Source: a virus. Taken from it: a DNA stretch of 64,000 nt. Shown here piece after piece: positions 35,287-44,835 of this stretch; within the stretch, counting starts at the first letter, position 1; each line of letters opens with the position of its first letter. The DNA lies in the IMG/VR virus record IMGVR_UViG_3300047311_000725; one strand, given 5' to 3'. Below the pieces are notes generated by a model. It was not told the DNA's origin and made no database searches. It worked only from the letters and a program-made list of their open reading frames with translations. The position numbers were made by a program, and so were the translations under genes.

Positions 35287-36706
35287 ACGTCCTGCCTCTC
35301 TTCAGGTTCGCCCTGAACGTGAATCCTTCTACTGGCGCCTCCATGAGAGACTTCACGACCAGCATCTCCTTCCCCTCTTCGGGGTGCATGTCGATGTCCA
35401 GCTCGTCGTGGACCGTGAAGATGACCTTGCTCCGCTTCTCGCGGAGGTAGGCCACCACCCGGACCAACGCCTGCTCGAAGACCCAGGAGCTGAACCCCTG
35501 GGCGTAGAGCCCGATGATCTTGCCGTCGTGGTCGTCCCCGGCCACCGGGATCTTCCGACCGCTCGGCAGCATGACGAACCCGTCCACCCGGGCCTGCACG
35601 GCCAGCTTCCGGCGGAAGTCCGCGATGGGACGGAGCTTCCGGTCCATCACCTGCTTCACCTGCTGGACCTTCATCATGCTCAGTCTGGTCTTCGAAGCGA
35701 GGGTCTCGTCCGACCCTCCATAGATGTACACGTAGGAGAAGTACTTGATGATGTCTCGACGGAGCTTCTCGGGCGGACCCGAGAGGATCATCTCGCAGGT
35801 CTTCACGTGGAAGTCGTCCACCCCGTCGTAGATCTTCCGGAAGTCCTTGTCGTCGAGCGAGGCCACGATGCTCCGGTAGTCGATGGCGTTGTAGTCGAAG
35901 GCCACGATCTCCCCGCCCTCGTGCCGGCTGACGATCCCCTTGCGGACCGTGCCGTGCGGGATGCCCATGCAGTTGAACCCCTCTTCGACCTTGATGCGGC
36001 CGGTCTTCCCGCCTGCCGGGTTGAAGAGGGTACGGACGTAACCGTCCGACTGCGCCATCTGAGAGATGAACTTGTGCTCGTGCTTCGGGAGGTCTTCCCG
36101 GAGCTTCTCCTTCGCGTAGCCCACGTCGACCTTGATGCCGACGACCTCGATCTGCCGGAGAGCCAGGGCGAACGGCCAGGTGTCCCTCTCATACTCTCCG
36201 AGGTCGCAGGACTCACCCCGGAGGGCCTTCTCAAACAACGCCATAGTTGCTATGGCCCGGACCTTGAGGAGTGACTGGACAGCCCTGGCGGGCATCAGCT
36301 TGAGAAGGGAGTGACGGGTGACGTCGATCCCCGCCGTCTTGCAGGCCTTGACGTGGGCGGTGTAGTTCTGTTCCCGGTCCAGGACGTTCCGGGCCATGTC
36401 CGGGTCGAGGTAGTCACGGGCCAGGTCGAAGAGCTTCCGCTCCCCGCCATAGAGGATCTTCACGTCATAGACCGTCTTGCCCGAGGTGCAGATGTCCTCG
36501 AGGTTCCGGTGCTCGAAGCAGACGACGTGGCTGGCTTCCCGGGCGACCTCGTTCACGAAGCCGACTGCCGGATCCAACACGAACTCGAACACCGTGCCGG
36601 CCAACATGGCCACGGCGCGCCCTCCGGCCTGATCCTTGAAAGGAACCAGGACGACCGGCTTCCCGTGAACCGCGTCGAGAACAGAGCTCAGGTCGAGTTC
36701 CTCCAT
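35267..36706 (-). CDS. family A (Pol I-like) DNA polymerase domain protein without recognisable 3'-5' exonuclease
   Basis: Motif A DYNAIDYR, motif B RRDIIKYFSYVYIYGG, motif C TVHDELDID; 480 aa starting MEELDLSSV (ATG 36704-36706). Confidence 0.6.
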   Translation of the reverse strand: MEELDLSSVLDAVHGKPVVLVPFKDQAGGRAVAMLAGTVFEFVLDPAVGFVNEVAREASHVVCFEHRNLEDICTSGKTVYDVKILYGGERKLFDLARDYLDPDMARNVLDREQNYTAHVKACKTAGIDVTRHSLLKLMPARAVQSLLKVRAIATMALFEKALRGESCDLGEYERDTWPFALALRQIEVVGIKVDVGYAKEKLREDLPKHEHKFISQMAQSDGYVRTLFNPAGGKTGRIKVEEGFNCMGIPHGTVRKGIVSRHEGGEIVAFDYNAIDYRSIVASLDDKDFRKIYDGVDDFHVKTCEMILSGPPEKLRRDIIKYFSYVYIYGGSDETLASKTRLSMMKVQQVKQVMDRKLRPIADFRRKLAVQARVDGFVMLPSGRKIPVAGDDHDGKIIGLYAQGFSSWVFEQALVRVVAYLREKRSKVIFTVHDELDIDMHPEEGKEMLVVKSLMEAPVEGFTFRANLKRGRTYGDATD

Positions 36707-36711
36707 TGCAT

Positions 36712-36722
36712 ATAATATCATG
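36712..36722 (-). promoter_or_regulatory. promoter-like CATGATATTAT element 5 nt upstream of family-A polymerase ATG
   Basis: Variant of TGnTATAAT family. Confidence 0.3.
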
Positions 36723-36747
36723 TGCAGGAGGAAAAGGGAAGGAAAAC

Positions 36748-38607
36748 TTACACTGGATTTGTGTTGCGATGCTGGGTGTCCTTGAGAACACCCTGGGTGT
36801 TGAGCGGATCCGTGCCGGTGGCGCGGACAGAGACGGTCGTGATGAAGTTGGAGGCGTCGATGGTGTCTTCCCGTTCCATCATGTGGAACGGTCCGTCCCA
36901 ACGCTTGACTCCGAACTCGAGCCAGATCCGGAGGAACGTGTCCCACACGAAGTTCCCGATCATGGTGATCCGGCCCGTGATGTTCGACGAGAGGAAGAGC
37001 TTACGGGGATCGATGCCGTCGGCAGCCTGGGCGGCGTGGGTCACGCCGACGGTCTGGTAGCGGTTGGGATCGACAGCACGTTCGATGGCGATGTGTTGCA
37101 TGTTCGCATCTTGTTCCATGCTGAAGTTGGCTTCCTGGATGTAGGAGAGCCCGTTCTTGAAGCTGACCAACGGGATGTTGTACTTCTTGAGCTTCTTGTG
37201 GATCTCGTCGACCTTGACGGACGGGTCCAGCCGGTCATCGAAGTCGATGCTGGCCGACAGCTGCTTCATGTCGTAGATGTACAGGCTGTAGACCAGCTTT
37301 CCCTTGTCCCGGGTGGTGGCCGTCTTCACCATGAGTTCCGGCGGGCTCTGGCGCTTCCTGAGGATCCTGGCCTCCTCCGTCGCCTGGAGCTTCTTGTTGA
37401 CCTGCCCGTTCTCGGTGGCCGCCTTCTCCGCCTGCTGCTTCTCGGCGTCCGTCAGGCCAGCTCCGGCCCAGTTCTCCTGGCGCTGGATGTAGTTGAGCAG
37501 GTTCTTGAAGACGGCCATGAGGTTCAGCTGCTGGCCGCTGGCCCGCTTGAACCCGAGGAGGTCCTTGAACCAGGACTCGGGGACCAGGAAGTCCCCGATG
37601 CTCTTGCCCTGCATCACGCCGCCGCAGTCCTTCCGAGCCGCTCCGATGTCGTGGTTGAACATCCCGAGGAAGAGCTGCACGTCGTCGTAGCCGACGGCCT
37701 TCACGGCGCTCGTCATCAGCGGGGCGAAGACCTTGTTCAGGATCTCGCTGAACGGGACCGCACGTCCGCCCTTCCCGCCGGGGGTTCCCTGTCCTCCACC
37801 GGACGGATTGTACAGGTCGTGGATGGTGTTCTGGAGCTTCTTGATGATCGCCTGGCCGTCGGGAGACCTGGTCTCCTTGATGGTGTTCTTCGTACCGACG
37901 GTGTAGGAAGTGCTGTTCTCCTGTCCCTGCGGGGCGGGGGAAGAGAAGTAGTCGAGGTCCGACAGGTGGACCTGGGCCAGGATGTTGTCTCCCGAGTCGA
38001 TCGCCTGGATGACAAAGGAAAGAGAACCGTCCGGGTTGATGCTGAAGTTCCAGGTGGTGGTCTGGAAGAGGACGTCGTGCTGGCCCTCGACGAAGTTGTT
38101 CTTGTCGACGATCCCGTTGCCGTTGAGCAGGTCGTTGCTGGACTGCCCGGTCCAGCCGTAGCGCAGGATGAAGTACGTCCCGGGACGGACGAGCGCCCAC
38201 CACTCGTCAAAGTCTTCGTTGGACTCGTCGAAGACCCGTTCGGGCTGGAAGACGGTGAACGTGAGCGTGATGAAGCGGTGGAGGATCGCACCCGTCTTCG
38301 TCAGGGCCCGCTTGACCACCACCCTCTCCAGCGCCACCGGGGCGCGCTCGGAGAACCTGTCCACCGAGGACCCGAAGGTCGGGGGCTGGATCAGAAGGTT
38401 GGTGATCGACTTCGAAGGATCGGGAGCGTTCTTGTTGTTCGGGTCCGGATGCACGGGCTTCCCGGCGTTGGTGACCTGCCAGATCTTGATGTACGGGACG
38501 GCCAACGCCTTGTCGGTGGCGGTGATCGTCTCGAGCAGGGCGAACGAGTCCTGGTTCCGGTCTCTCCAGGGAAGGTCCGTCTCCTGCATCTGCTTGAAAT
38601 CTGCCAC
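36748..38607 (-). CDS. hypothetical virion/baseplate-region protein (619 aa)
   Basis: Large ORF downstream of tape measure module. Confidence 0.5.
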   Translation of the reverse strand: MADFKQMQETDLPWRDRNQDSFALLETITATDKALAVPYIKIWQVTNAGKPVHPDPNNKNAPDPSKSITNLLIQPPTFGSSVDRFSERAPVALERVVVKRALTKTGAILHRFITLTFTVFQPERVFDESNEDFDEWWALVRPGTYFILRYGWTGQSSNDLLNGNGIVDKNNFVEGQHDVLFQTTTWNFSINPDGSLSFVIQAIDSGDNILAQVHLSDLDYFSSPAPQGQENSTSYTVGTKNTIKETRSPDGQAIIKKLQNTIHDLYNPSGGGQGTPGGKGGRAVPFSEILNKVFAPLMTSAVKAVGYDDVQLFLGMFNHDIGAARKDCGGVMQGKSIGDFLVPESWFKDLLGFKRASGQQLNLMAVFKNLLNYIQRQENWAGAGLTDAEKQQAEKAATENGQVNKKLQATEEARILRKRQSPPELMVKTATTRDKGKLVYSLYIYDMKQLSASIDFDDRLDPSVKVDEIHKKLKKYNIPLVSFKNGLSYIQEANFSMEQDANMQHIAIERAVDPNRYQTVGVTHAAQAADGIDPRKLFLSSNITGRITMIGNFVWDTFLRIWLEFGVKRWDGPFHMMEREDTIDASNFITTVSVRATGTDPLNTQGVLKDTQHRNTNPV

Positions 38608-38610
38608 GTG

Positions 38611-38925
38611 CTACCTCACGACCTTGTCGACAACGTCCTTTGGATCTAGCGGGATCTTGATGGTTCGTCCGGGAGCGAAGCCACCGGAGGCGAACGGGTA
38701 GATGATGCCGTTCCCCAGCGCGATCACCCACCAGAGGTTTTCGTCGTTGAGGTAGCGGGCGGCGAGATGGTCGATCCGGTCGCCGACCTTGATCGTGTAT
38801 TCGAACGTCCGGACGCCTTCCAGGAGCTTCTGCTCGCGGTAACCCTTCGAGAGGACCGGAAGCGAGAAGGTCCCGTAGTGGTGGTTGTTGATGATCGGTG
38901 TGGAAGCGTACCTGCTCTTGGACAT
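38611..38925 (-). CDS. hypothetical protein, possibly LysM-like tail protein X-type
   Basis: 104 aa; DRIDHLAARYLNDENLWWVIALGN weakly LysM-like. Confidence 0.35.
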   Translation of the reverse strand: MSKSRYASTPIINNHHYGTFSLPVLSKGYREQKLLEGVRTFEYTIKVGDRIDHLAARYLNDENLWWVIALGNGIIYPFASGGFAPGRTIKIPLDPKDVVDKVVR

Positions 38926-38934
38926 GGGTACCTC

Positions 38935-41565
38935 TTACTTCTTGGCGTAGGTGTTCAGCTTGTTTCCGGTGCCGCCGGAGTAGCTGTCGATGGAGTGCTC
39001 GTCCATGTCGGGAGCGTTCTGAGAACTGCCGCCCGATGACTGGGAGCTCTGGTTGCTCTGCGGTGGGCTCCACTTGCCGGTGCCCGGGTCGATCCGCCCG
39101 ATTCCTCCGAACTGGCCATCCACACCGATGCCGAGCGGCTTCTCGTGGAGGACCAGGAAAGACATGGAGACCTTGAAGCCCATGGGGACCTTGTTCCCCT
39201 TCTGGAGCTCCCACACCACGTCGTTGTAGTCGAACGACAGGCTCTCGATGATCCCGGGCAGACCGAAGCCGCCGGTCGTCTTCAGGAGGTCACCCACCCG
39301 GAGGCGGACGATCGGTCCCGACTTGAAGAGCATGTCCTTGTCGTAGCTCGGGTAGCACATGGAGACCAGCCAGTTCTTCTTCTGGTAGATCAGTTCCAGG
39401 TCCTCGGGAGCGAAGGCGTGCACGCTGAAGCCGAGGTTGATCGTGCGGCCGGTCGCCATGTAGGTAGCGATCGCGTCCGTACGTCCGTAGAAGTTCTGCT
39501 TGTTCCACTCCGGGGTGATCTCTTCGGTCAGGCTCGAGATGAACGGCCGGAAGTAGACCGTCCTGACTTCGTTCGAGCCGTTCATGGGCCTGAGGTCCAT
39601 GAAGGAGAGCGGGACGTAGGCGTCGTCGTCGTCCACCTTCGTGGACGGGTCGTCACGCCGGATCACCGTCTTGATGAAGCCGTTCGTCTCCCCGTCGAAC
39701 CCCGACGGGACGATGCCCGAGGAGTAGTAGGCACGGGCCAGCTTGTCTCCCGTCCCCGGCAGGGTCTCGTCGGTGGCGATCCTGGTGTTCGTCGGAGGGT
39801 TGAACTTCGCGCCCTTCGGTGTCAGGGAGACCATGTTCGGAGAGTAGAGGCCGGCGATGTTCGACTTCTGGATGGGAAGCGTGACGACCTGGGTCGCGTC
39901 GGTGACTGGAGCATCGAGGTCGCTGTCCTTCAGCATCCGGATGGAGGCCGGGTCGTTTCCCTTCCCGGTGGCGAAGTCCACCATGCCGCCGATGCTGAAG
40001 AAGGTTCCCGCGTTGTCGGCGTTGTACGGATTGTCCGCCGTGTACGGGTTCGCCGAGGTCTGCTCCCCGAAGGACGCCAGCTGTTCGATCTTGGCGATGG
40101 CATCTCCCTGGGTGGTCCCGGCGGCGACCAGGTCCTCGTGGGTGACGAAGTCGTCGATACCGATCGGAGCCCATCCGGCTGAACCGGGAGGCGGAGCGAT
40201 GGTAAGAGGATTCCAGATCCTTCCGTTGACGTTCATCGCCATCAGGGTGAACTGGAGGGCGGAGAACTGGCTGATCCCGAAGGGTCCGACCTGGATGGCC
40301 AACCGCTTCAGGTTCTTGGCGTAGAGCAACGGGTCAAAGGCGTGGCTACCCGGCGCCCCTCCGCCGTTCTCTCCGAACGGGATGAGAAGCCGCAGGGACT
40401 CCTTGACGGCGTCGTCCACCAGGTTCAGACGTCCGAGGACGTCCTTCGAGGCTGGGACCTGTCCACCCGGAGCGTACTCCTGCGGGGTGACGAAGTTCGG
40501 AGGCGCAGGCAGCACGGCGTTCGGTTGCGGACTGAAGTCCGGCGGTGCCGGAAGCTTCGCGTTCGGCTGCGAAGGAGGAGCCGGCATCGGAGGCAGCACT
40601 GCGGGAGACCCCGGAGGCGGAGCCGGCATCGGAGGAAGCGACGCGTTCACGTTCGGGACGAACGCCGGCGGAGGCGGAAGGGTAGCGTTCACGCCCGGCG
40701 GAGGCGCGGGCATGGGCGGCAACACCGCGTTCACTCCCGGAGGGGGAGCTGGCATCGGCGGGAGAACGGCGTTCACTCCCGGCGGAGGCGCGGGCATGGG
40801 CGGCAGGATCGCGTTCGGCGCGGGCGGGGGAGCCGGCATCGGAGGTAGCACGGCATTCGGCTGCGGAGGAGGAGCCGGCATCGGTGGGAGGACCGACGGC
40901 TGTCCCAGTGTCACGGCCGGAGGAGCCGGCAGGGTGGCCGGCAGGGACGGGACGACCGGGACATCCTGGAACTTGGCCGGCTGGGTCTCGACCGTCTGGA
41001 CCTCCGGCGGAGGCGGGAGGACAGACGGGCCGTTGAGCGTCACGACCGGAGGAGCCGGAAGCTCGGCTGGCGCAACCGGAGTAAAGACCGGAGGATCGGG
41101 CAGCACCGCGTTCGCCTTCGGCGTGAACTCCGGAGGAGGCGGGAGGACGGCCGGGGTCGACAGCTGCGGCGGCGGCATGTCCGGCAACGTGGCCGGAGCC
41201 TGCGGGGCGAAGCCCGTGTCTACCGGTTCGGCCGGCGGCTTGGAAGTCTGGATGGAGACCGGCTGCGGTTCGAACGGCGGAGCGGGAGTCCCGGGAGTCT
41301 GGGACGGCTGCTGGGCCGCTACCTTGGTCTCCTGTGGGGAGAAGGTCACCACCGGTTCTGCCGGAGGGGCGCTCGGGTTCACCGCCTGTGACGGTTGGGG
41401 CGCAGCTTCCTTGGTGGTAGAGATAGGTGGGGCCGGCTGCTCAGGAAGGTCGGAGGGCTTCGAGAGCACGGGCGCGGGCTGGAGCTCTTCTTCCGGCTCG
41501 TGTGGTGGCTGCAGCTGGACGTTGTCCTCTACCTGCAGCTTGTCCTTGTCTTCCTTGTTTGCCAT
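38935..41565 (-). CDS. proline-rich repeat-containing tail/baseplate-region protein (876 aa)
   Basis: N-terminal ~350 aa extremely Pro-rich with ~10 tandem 14-aa repeats (AVLPPMPAPPPGVN); globular C-terminal half. Confidence 0.55.
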   Translation of the reverse strand: MANKEDKDKLQVEDNVQLQPPHEPEEELQPAPVLSKPSDLPEQPAPPISTTKEAAPQPSQAVNPSAPPAEPVVTFSPQETKVAAQQPSQTPGTPAPPFEPQPVSIQTSKPPAEPVDTGFAPQAPATLPDMPPPQLSTPAVLPPPPEFTPKANAVLPDPPVFTPVAPAELPAPPVVTLNGPSVLPPPPEVQTVETQPAKFQDVPVVPSLPATLPAPPAVTLGQPSVLPPMPAPPPQPNAVLPPMPAPPPAPNAILPPMPAPPPGVNAVLPPMPAPPPGVNAVLPPMPAPPPGVNATLPPPPAFVPNVNASLPPMPAPPPGSPAVLPPMPAPPSQPNAKLPAPPDFSPQPNAVLPAPPNFVTPQEYAPGGQVPASKDVLGRLNLVDDAVKESLRLLIPFGENGGGAPGSHAFDPLLYAKNLKRLAIQVGPFGISQFSALQFTLMAMNVNGRIWNPLTIAPPPGSAGWAPIGIDDFVTHEDLVAAGTTQGDAIAKIEQLASFGEQTSANPYTADNPYNADNAGTFFSIGGMVDFATGKGNDPASIRMLKDSDLDAPVTDATQVVTLPIQKSNIAGLYSPNMVSLTPKGAKFNPPTNTRIATDETLPGTGDKLARAYYSSGIVPSGFDGETNGFIKTVIRRDDPSTKVDDDDAYVPLSFMDLRPMNGSNEVRTVYFRPFISSLTEEITPEWNKQNFYGRTDAIATYMATGRTINLGFSVHAFAPEDLELIYQKKNWLVSMCYPSYDKDMLFKSGPIVRLRVGDLLKTTGGFGLPGIIESLSFDYNDVVWELQKGNKVPMGFKVSMSFLVLHEKPLGIGVDGQFGGIGRIDPGTGKWSPPQSNQSSQSSGGSSQNAPDMDEHSIDSYSGGTGNKLNTYAKK
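40530..40905 (-). repeat. ~42-nt imperfect tandem repeat (approx. 9 copies) encoding PAPPP repeats
   Basis: Repeating ggcggaggcgcgggcatgggcggca-like units visible on plus strand. Confidence 0.7.
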
Positions 41566-44500
41566 TTACGGTTGGACCATGCCCTTTACGGTGGCGCGGC
41601 CGAGGACGTCTCCGTCCGGAGTCAGAACTGTCACGTGGGTGTCTCCGCTCTTGCCGCCCTTCCCGGCTCCGCCCGACCCGGCCTGAGGCTGGGCGACAGG
41701 CGAGGTGTCGGCGGCTCCGATGGCCTTGGAACTGCGGGCCTGCGCCTTGACGTAACCGAGGGTCTCGGAAGAGACCTTGCCGCCTTCCGCGCCGTACTTG
41801 TCCAGCGCCTTGACGTAGTCGCCGCCGGCGTCCTTGAGGATCGCCTGGAAGCCAGAGTTGTACTTCTCCAGGCTCTCCAGCTCGAGGCGGGCCTGCGTCT
41901 GCTTGTTCTGCTCGATGCCGATCTTGAGTGCGTCCGTCTCCACGTTGTTGCGCTTCGCCTGAAGCTGCTGCAGCTTGGACTCGGCCAGGTCAGAGGCGTA
42001 CTTCGTGTCCGCCAGGGACTTCTGCCAGGCCTTGGAGTTCTCGTTCGCCAGACCGACGGAGTCGACGAGCTCTGCCGTCGAGCCGAGGACCGAGTCGTAC
42101 CAGTGAGCCTGGTCCTGCGCGTTCTTCTGCTGCTTCTCGGCGAGCTGGACCTCGGCGTCGATCTGGGCCTTCGCGGCGTCTGCCTTCTTCTTCTCGATGT
42201 CCAGCTGGTTCGTCTGGAACAGGTTGTCGAGGTACTTCTTGGACTCTGCGTCGAGGCTGCTGATCGTCTTCTGATAGACGTCTCCAGCTTCCTTCAGCTT
42301 CTGGAACTGGTCCTTGGTCAGCTTGATCGGACCTGCGGAAGGGTCTCCGAGCTTGGCGAGGGTGTCCGCGCTGAGGTTGGTCTGGATGCCGAGGTTGGAG
42401 TAGTCCTTGAGCCGCTCCTGGACCGAGAGCTTCTCTTCCCCGTCCAGCTGGATCGTGCCCTTCTTCCCCTGCCGGATGACCTTGTTCATGGCCTCATCGG
42501 CCCGGTCGTGTCTGTCCTTCAGGGCGGCGTTCTTGACCCGCTGGAGGTTGAGGGCCGCCTCGGACTCCTCGAACTTGTCCTGGGTCTGTGAGAGGCGCTT
42601 CATGGACGCCTCGAGCTCCTTGGACTCCGGGGTCTCGAGGAGCTTCTGGACGCCGATTCCGATGGCGGTGCCGAGGGCCGTGCCAACCGCGGTCCCGATC
42701 GGACCAAAGAGCGAACCGATCGCGCCACCAGCTCCACCGCCGATGCCGCCGCCGGCCGTCGCTCCGAAGAGCGAACCCACACCGGCGCCGACACCAGCGC
42801 CGACCGCGCCGCCCATGGCCATCTTTCCCATGGCTCCCATGCCACCGCCGCCGGCCTGCGCCGAGTAGCCAGGTCCGCCCTGCATCGAGTTGGCGATGCC
42901 GCCCTTGGCGTTGGCGATGGTCCCGCCGATCCCGCCGAGAGACTTGAGGTTCTTGTACAGCTCCACTCCGCCGGCGACACCCTGTCCGACCTTCATGAGG
43001 CCCCAGATGCCGACGATGCTGGCCGAGATCACGGCGAACTTCTTCAGGGCGTCGATGATCTTCTGGATGTTGCGGCCGAGGTTGTTCGGCGAGAAGAAGT
43101 CCGCGATCTTGGAGGCCACCTCCTTGACGAACTTCGCTCCCATCTTCATGAAGTTCTGGAAGTCCTCGTTCTTTCCGAGGGCCTCGAAGAAGGCGATGAT
43201 CTTCTTGGTGATGCCTTCCATCACCTGACCAAAGCTCTTCCATTCCTTGTCACTGGACTTGGTCAGCCCGAGCAGGTCGGTGAACGGCTTGATCGCCTTG
43301 GCGATCGCGACCGTGATGCGGTCAGCCGCGGCTCCGAAGTTGTACAGCGTCTTCGCCGTCGCCTGAAGCTGCTGCTTCATCATCTTGTCGGCGTCGATGG
43401 CCTTCCGCTTGTTCTTCTCATCCTCCTTCATGAAGTCCTGGTAGGTCTTACCAGCGTCCGCCGCCTTGAGGAGGGCGGCCGACTGCTCTTCCGTGAGGTC
43501 CAGCGTCTGGGACACCACCTTGCGTTCCTGCCGGGAGAGGTGTTCCCAGTCCTTGCCCTGGTCGAGGAGCGAGCCGCGGATCGTTTCGAACCGCTTGGCC
43601 GGGTCCTGCTCTAGCATCATGTTGAGGGCGTCGACGGACGTACCGAAGACCGAGTTGAACTTGCCGATGCTGGTGGCCGCGTCCTCGAAGCTGTCGAACT
43701 TGTCCATCATCTTCTCCGTGTCCTTCAGAGAGATGTTGAACGACTTCAGGTAGGCTGCCGACTTGACGAGGGCCTTGGCGCCCTCCTTGCCGAACTGGGT
43801 GATGAAGCCCGTGGCCTCGGAGAAGTCCTTGGCCAGCGCGTTGGTAGAGACACCGGCGGTCTGGGCACCGACGACGATCTCCTTCATGTACTCGGAGACT
43901 TCCTTCTTGTGTTCGTCGAACCCGAGGTTGTCGAGGGAACGGGTGAACTTTCCGGCCGCCTCCCCGCCCATGTCAAAACCCTGGGCGAGTGTCACACCGA
44001 TCTTGGCGAGCCCCTTGACGTCCATCTTGCCGAAGCCCTGGACGAAGTCGGCAAACATCTTGGTGCCTTCACCGAGCTCTCCGCCGAGTCCACGGATGGC
44101 AGACTCAGCCTGACGGGACTCCTTCCAGAAAGTCTTCATGCTCGGGCTAAGCTTGCCGAGCTTCTGGTTCACCTCGCCCGTGACCTTGGCCCACCGCTCC
44201 TCCAGGTCGTACACCCGCTGGATGCCCTCGACAAGGAGGTTGATGCCCTTGGCTGCCCCCGTACCCCAGATCTTGAGCAGGCCCTTGCCCACCTTGTCCA
44301 GGGTGTCTCCCATCTTTCCCCAGATGCTGGTGAGCTTGTTCGCCTGGATCGCCAGCTTCTCCATCTTCCTGACCATGTCGTTGGCCAGGTCGACGTCCTT
44401 CTGGTCGATGATCTGCATGTTGGCCTTGGCCGACTGCATCTTCTGGACCTGAGCGTCCAGGTCTCGGGCCAGGTCCTTGTAGCTGTCGTTGGTGTCCCGG

Positions 44501-44613
44501 ACGTTGTCGGCGTACTTCTTTGAAGACGCAACTATGGCGTCCAGCTTGTTGGCGATGTCGTCAAGCCGGCCCTGCTGGTCCTTTAGATCGTCGAGTCCAG
44601 GTATCCTAGGCAA
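41566..44613 (-). CDS. tail tape measure protein
   Basis: 1015 aa, long coiled-coil stretches, central Gly/Ala-rich hydrophobic segment, position between chaperone-like gene and baseplate-region genes. Confidence 0.8.
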   Translation of the reverse strand: MPRIPGLDDLKDQQGRLDDIANKLDAIVASSKKYADNVRDTNDSYKDLARDLDAQVQKMQSAKANMQIIDQKDVDLANDMVRKMEKLAIQANKLTSIWGKMGDTLDKVGKGLLKIWGTGAAKGINLLVEGIQRVYDLEERWAKVTGEVNQKLGKLSPSMKTFWKESRQAESAIRGLGGELGEGTKMFADFVQGFGKMDVKGLAKIGVTLAQGFDMGGEAAGKFTRSLDNLGFDEHKKEVSEYMKEIVVGAQTAGVSTNALAKDFSEATGFITQFGKEGAKALVKSAAYLKSFNISLKDTEKMMDKFDSFEDAATSIGKFNSVFGTSVDALNMMLEQDPAKRFETIRGSLLDQGKDWEHLSRQERKVVSQTLDLTEEQSAALLKAADAGKTYQDFMKEDEKNKRKAIDADKMMKQQLQATAKTLYNFGAAADRITVAIAKAIKPFTDLLGLTKSSDKEWKSFGQVMEGITKKIIAFFEALGKNEDFQNFMKMGAKFVKEVASKIADFFSPNNLGRNIQKIIDALKKFAVISASIVGIWGLMKVGQGVAGGVELYKNLKSLGGIGGTIANAKGGIANSMQGGPGYSAQAGGGGMGAMGKMAMGGAVGAGVGAGVGSLFGATAGGGIGGGAGGAIGSLFGPIGTAVGTALGTAIGIGVQKLLETPESKELEASMKRLSQTQDKFEESEAALNLQRVKNAALKDRHDRADEAMNKVIRQGKKGTIQLDGEEKLSVQERLKDYSNLGIQTNLSADTLAKLGDPSAGPIKLTKDQFQKLKEAGDVYQKTISSLDAESKKYLDNLFQTNQLDIEKKKADAAKAQIDAEVQLAEKQQKNAQDQAHWYDSVLGSTAELVDSVGLANENSKAWQKSLADTKYASDLAESKLQQLQAKRNNVETDALKIGIEQNKQTQARLELESLEKYNSGFQAILKDAGGDYVKALDKYGAEGGKVSSETLGYVKAQARSSKAIGAADTSPVAQPQAGSGGAGKGGKSGDTHVTVLTPDGDVLGRATVKGMVQP

Positions 44614-44624
44614 CTAGGGAGTCC

Positions 44625-44835
44625 TCACTTGTGCTGGCGGCCGAAGGGGTCGGTGTGTCCGGGTCCCGTCGGGGTGTTCGCCTTCTTATGGTCCTCTCTC
44701 ATCTTCTCGACTTGCTGGAACCACCAGTGCCTCATGAACACCGGCATGTCCCATGCTTCCGTGAAATCGATCCGGCAGTGCTGAACGAGTGAGAAGATCT
44801 CGCCCCAGACTACCTCCTTGAAGGCGCCGGTCGTA
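44625..44835 (-). CDS. possible frameshift extension of upstream chaperone-like gene, or short independent ORF
   Basis: Protein-like 70 codons in the +1 frame immediately after stop of 44836..45675; AAGGAGGT present nearby; no ATG/GTG start. Confidence 0.25.

Noticed and set aside
40530-40905. Possible CRISPR-like periodic repeat
   Set aside because: Repeat units are contiguous with no unique spacers, are in-frame and encode a polyproline segment of a protein; not a CRISPR array
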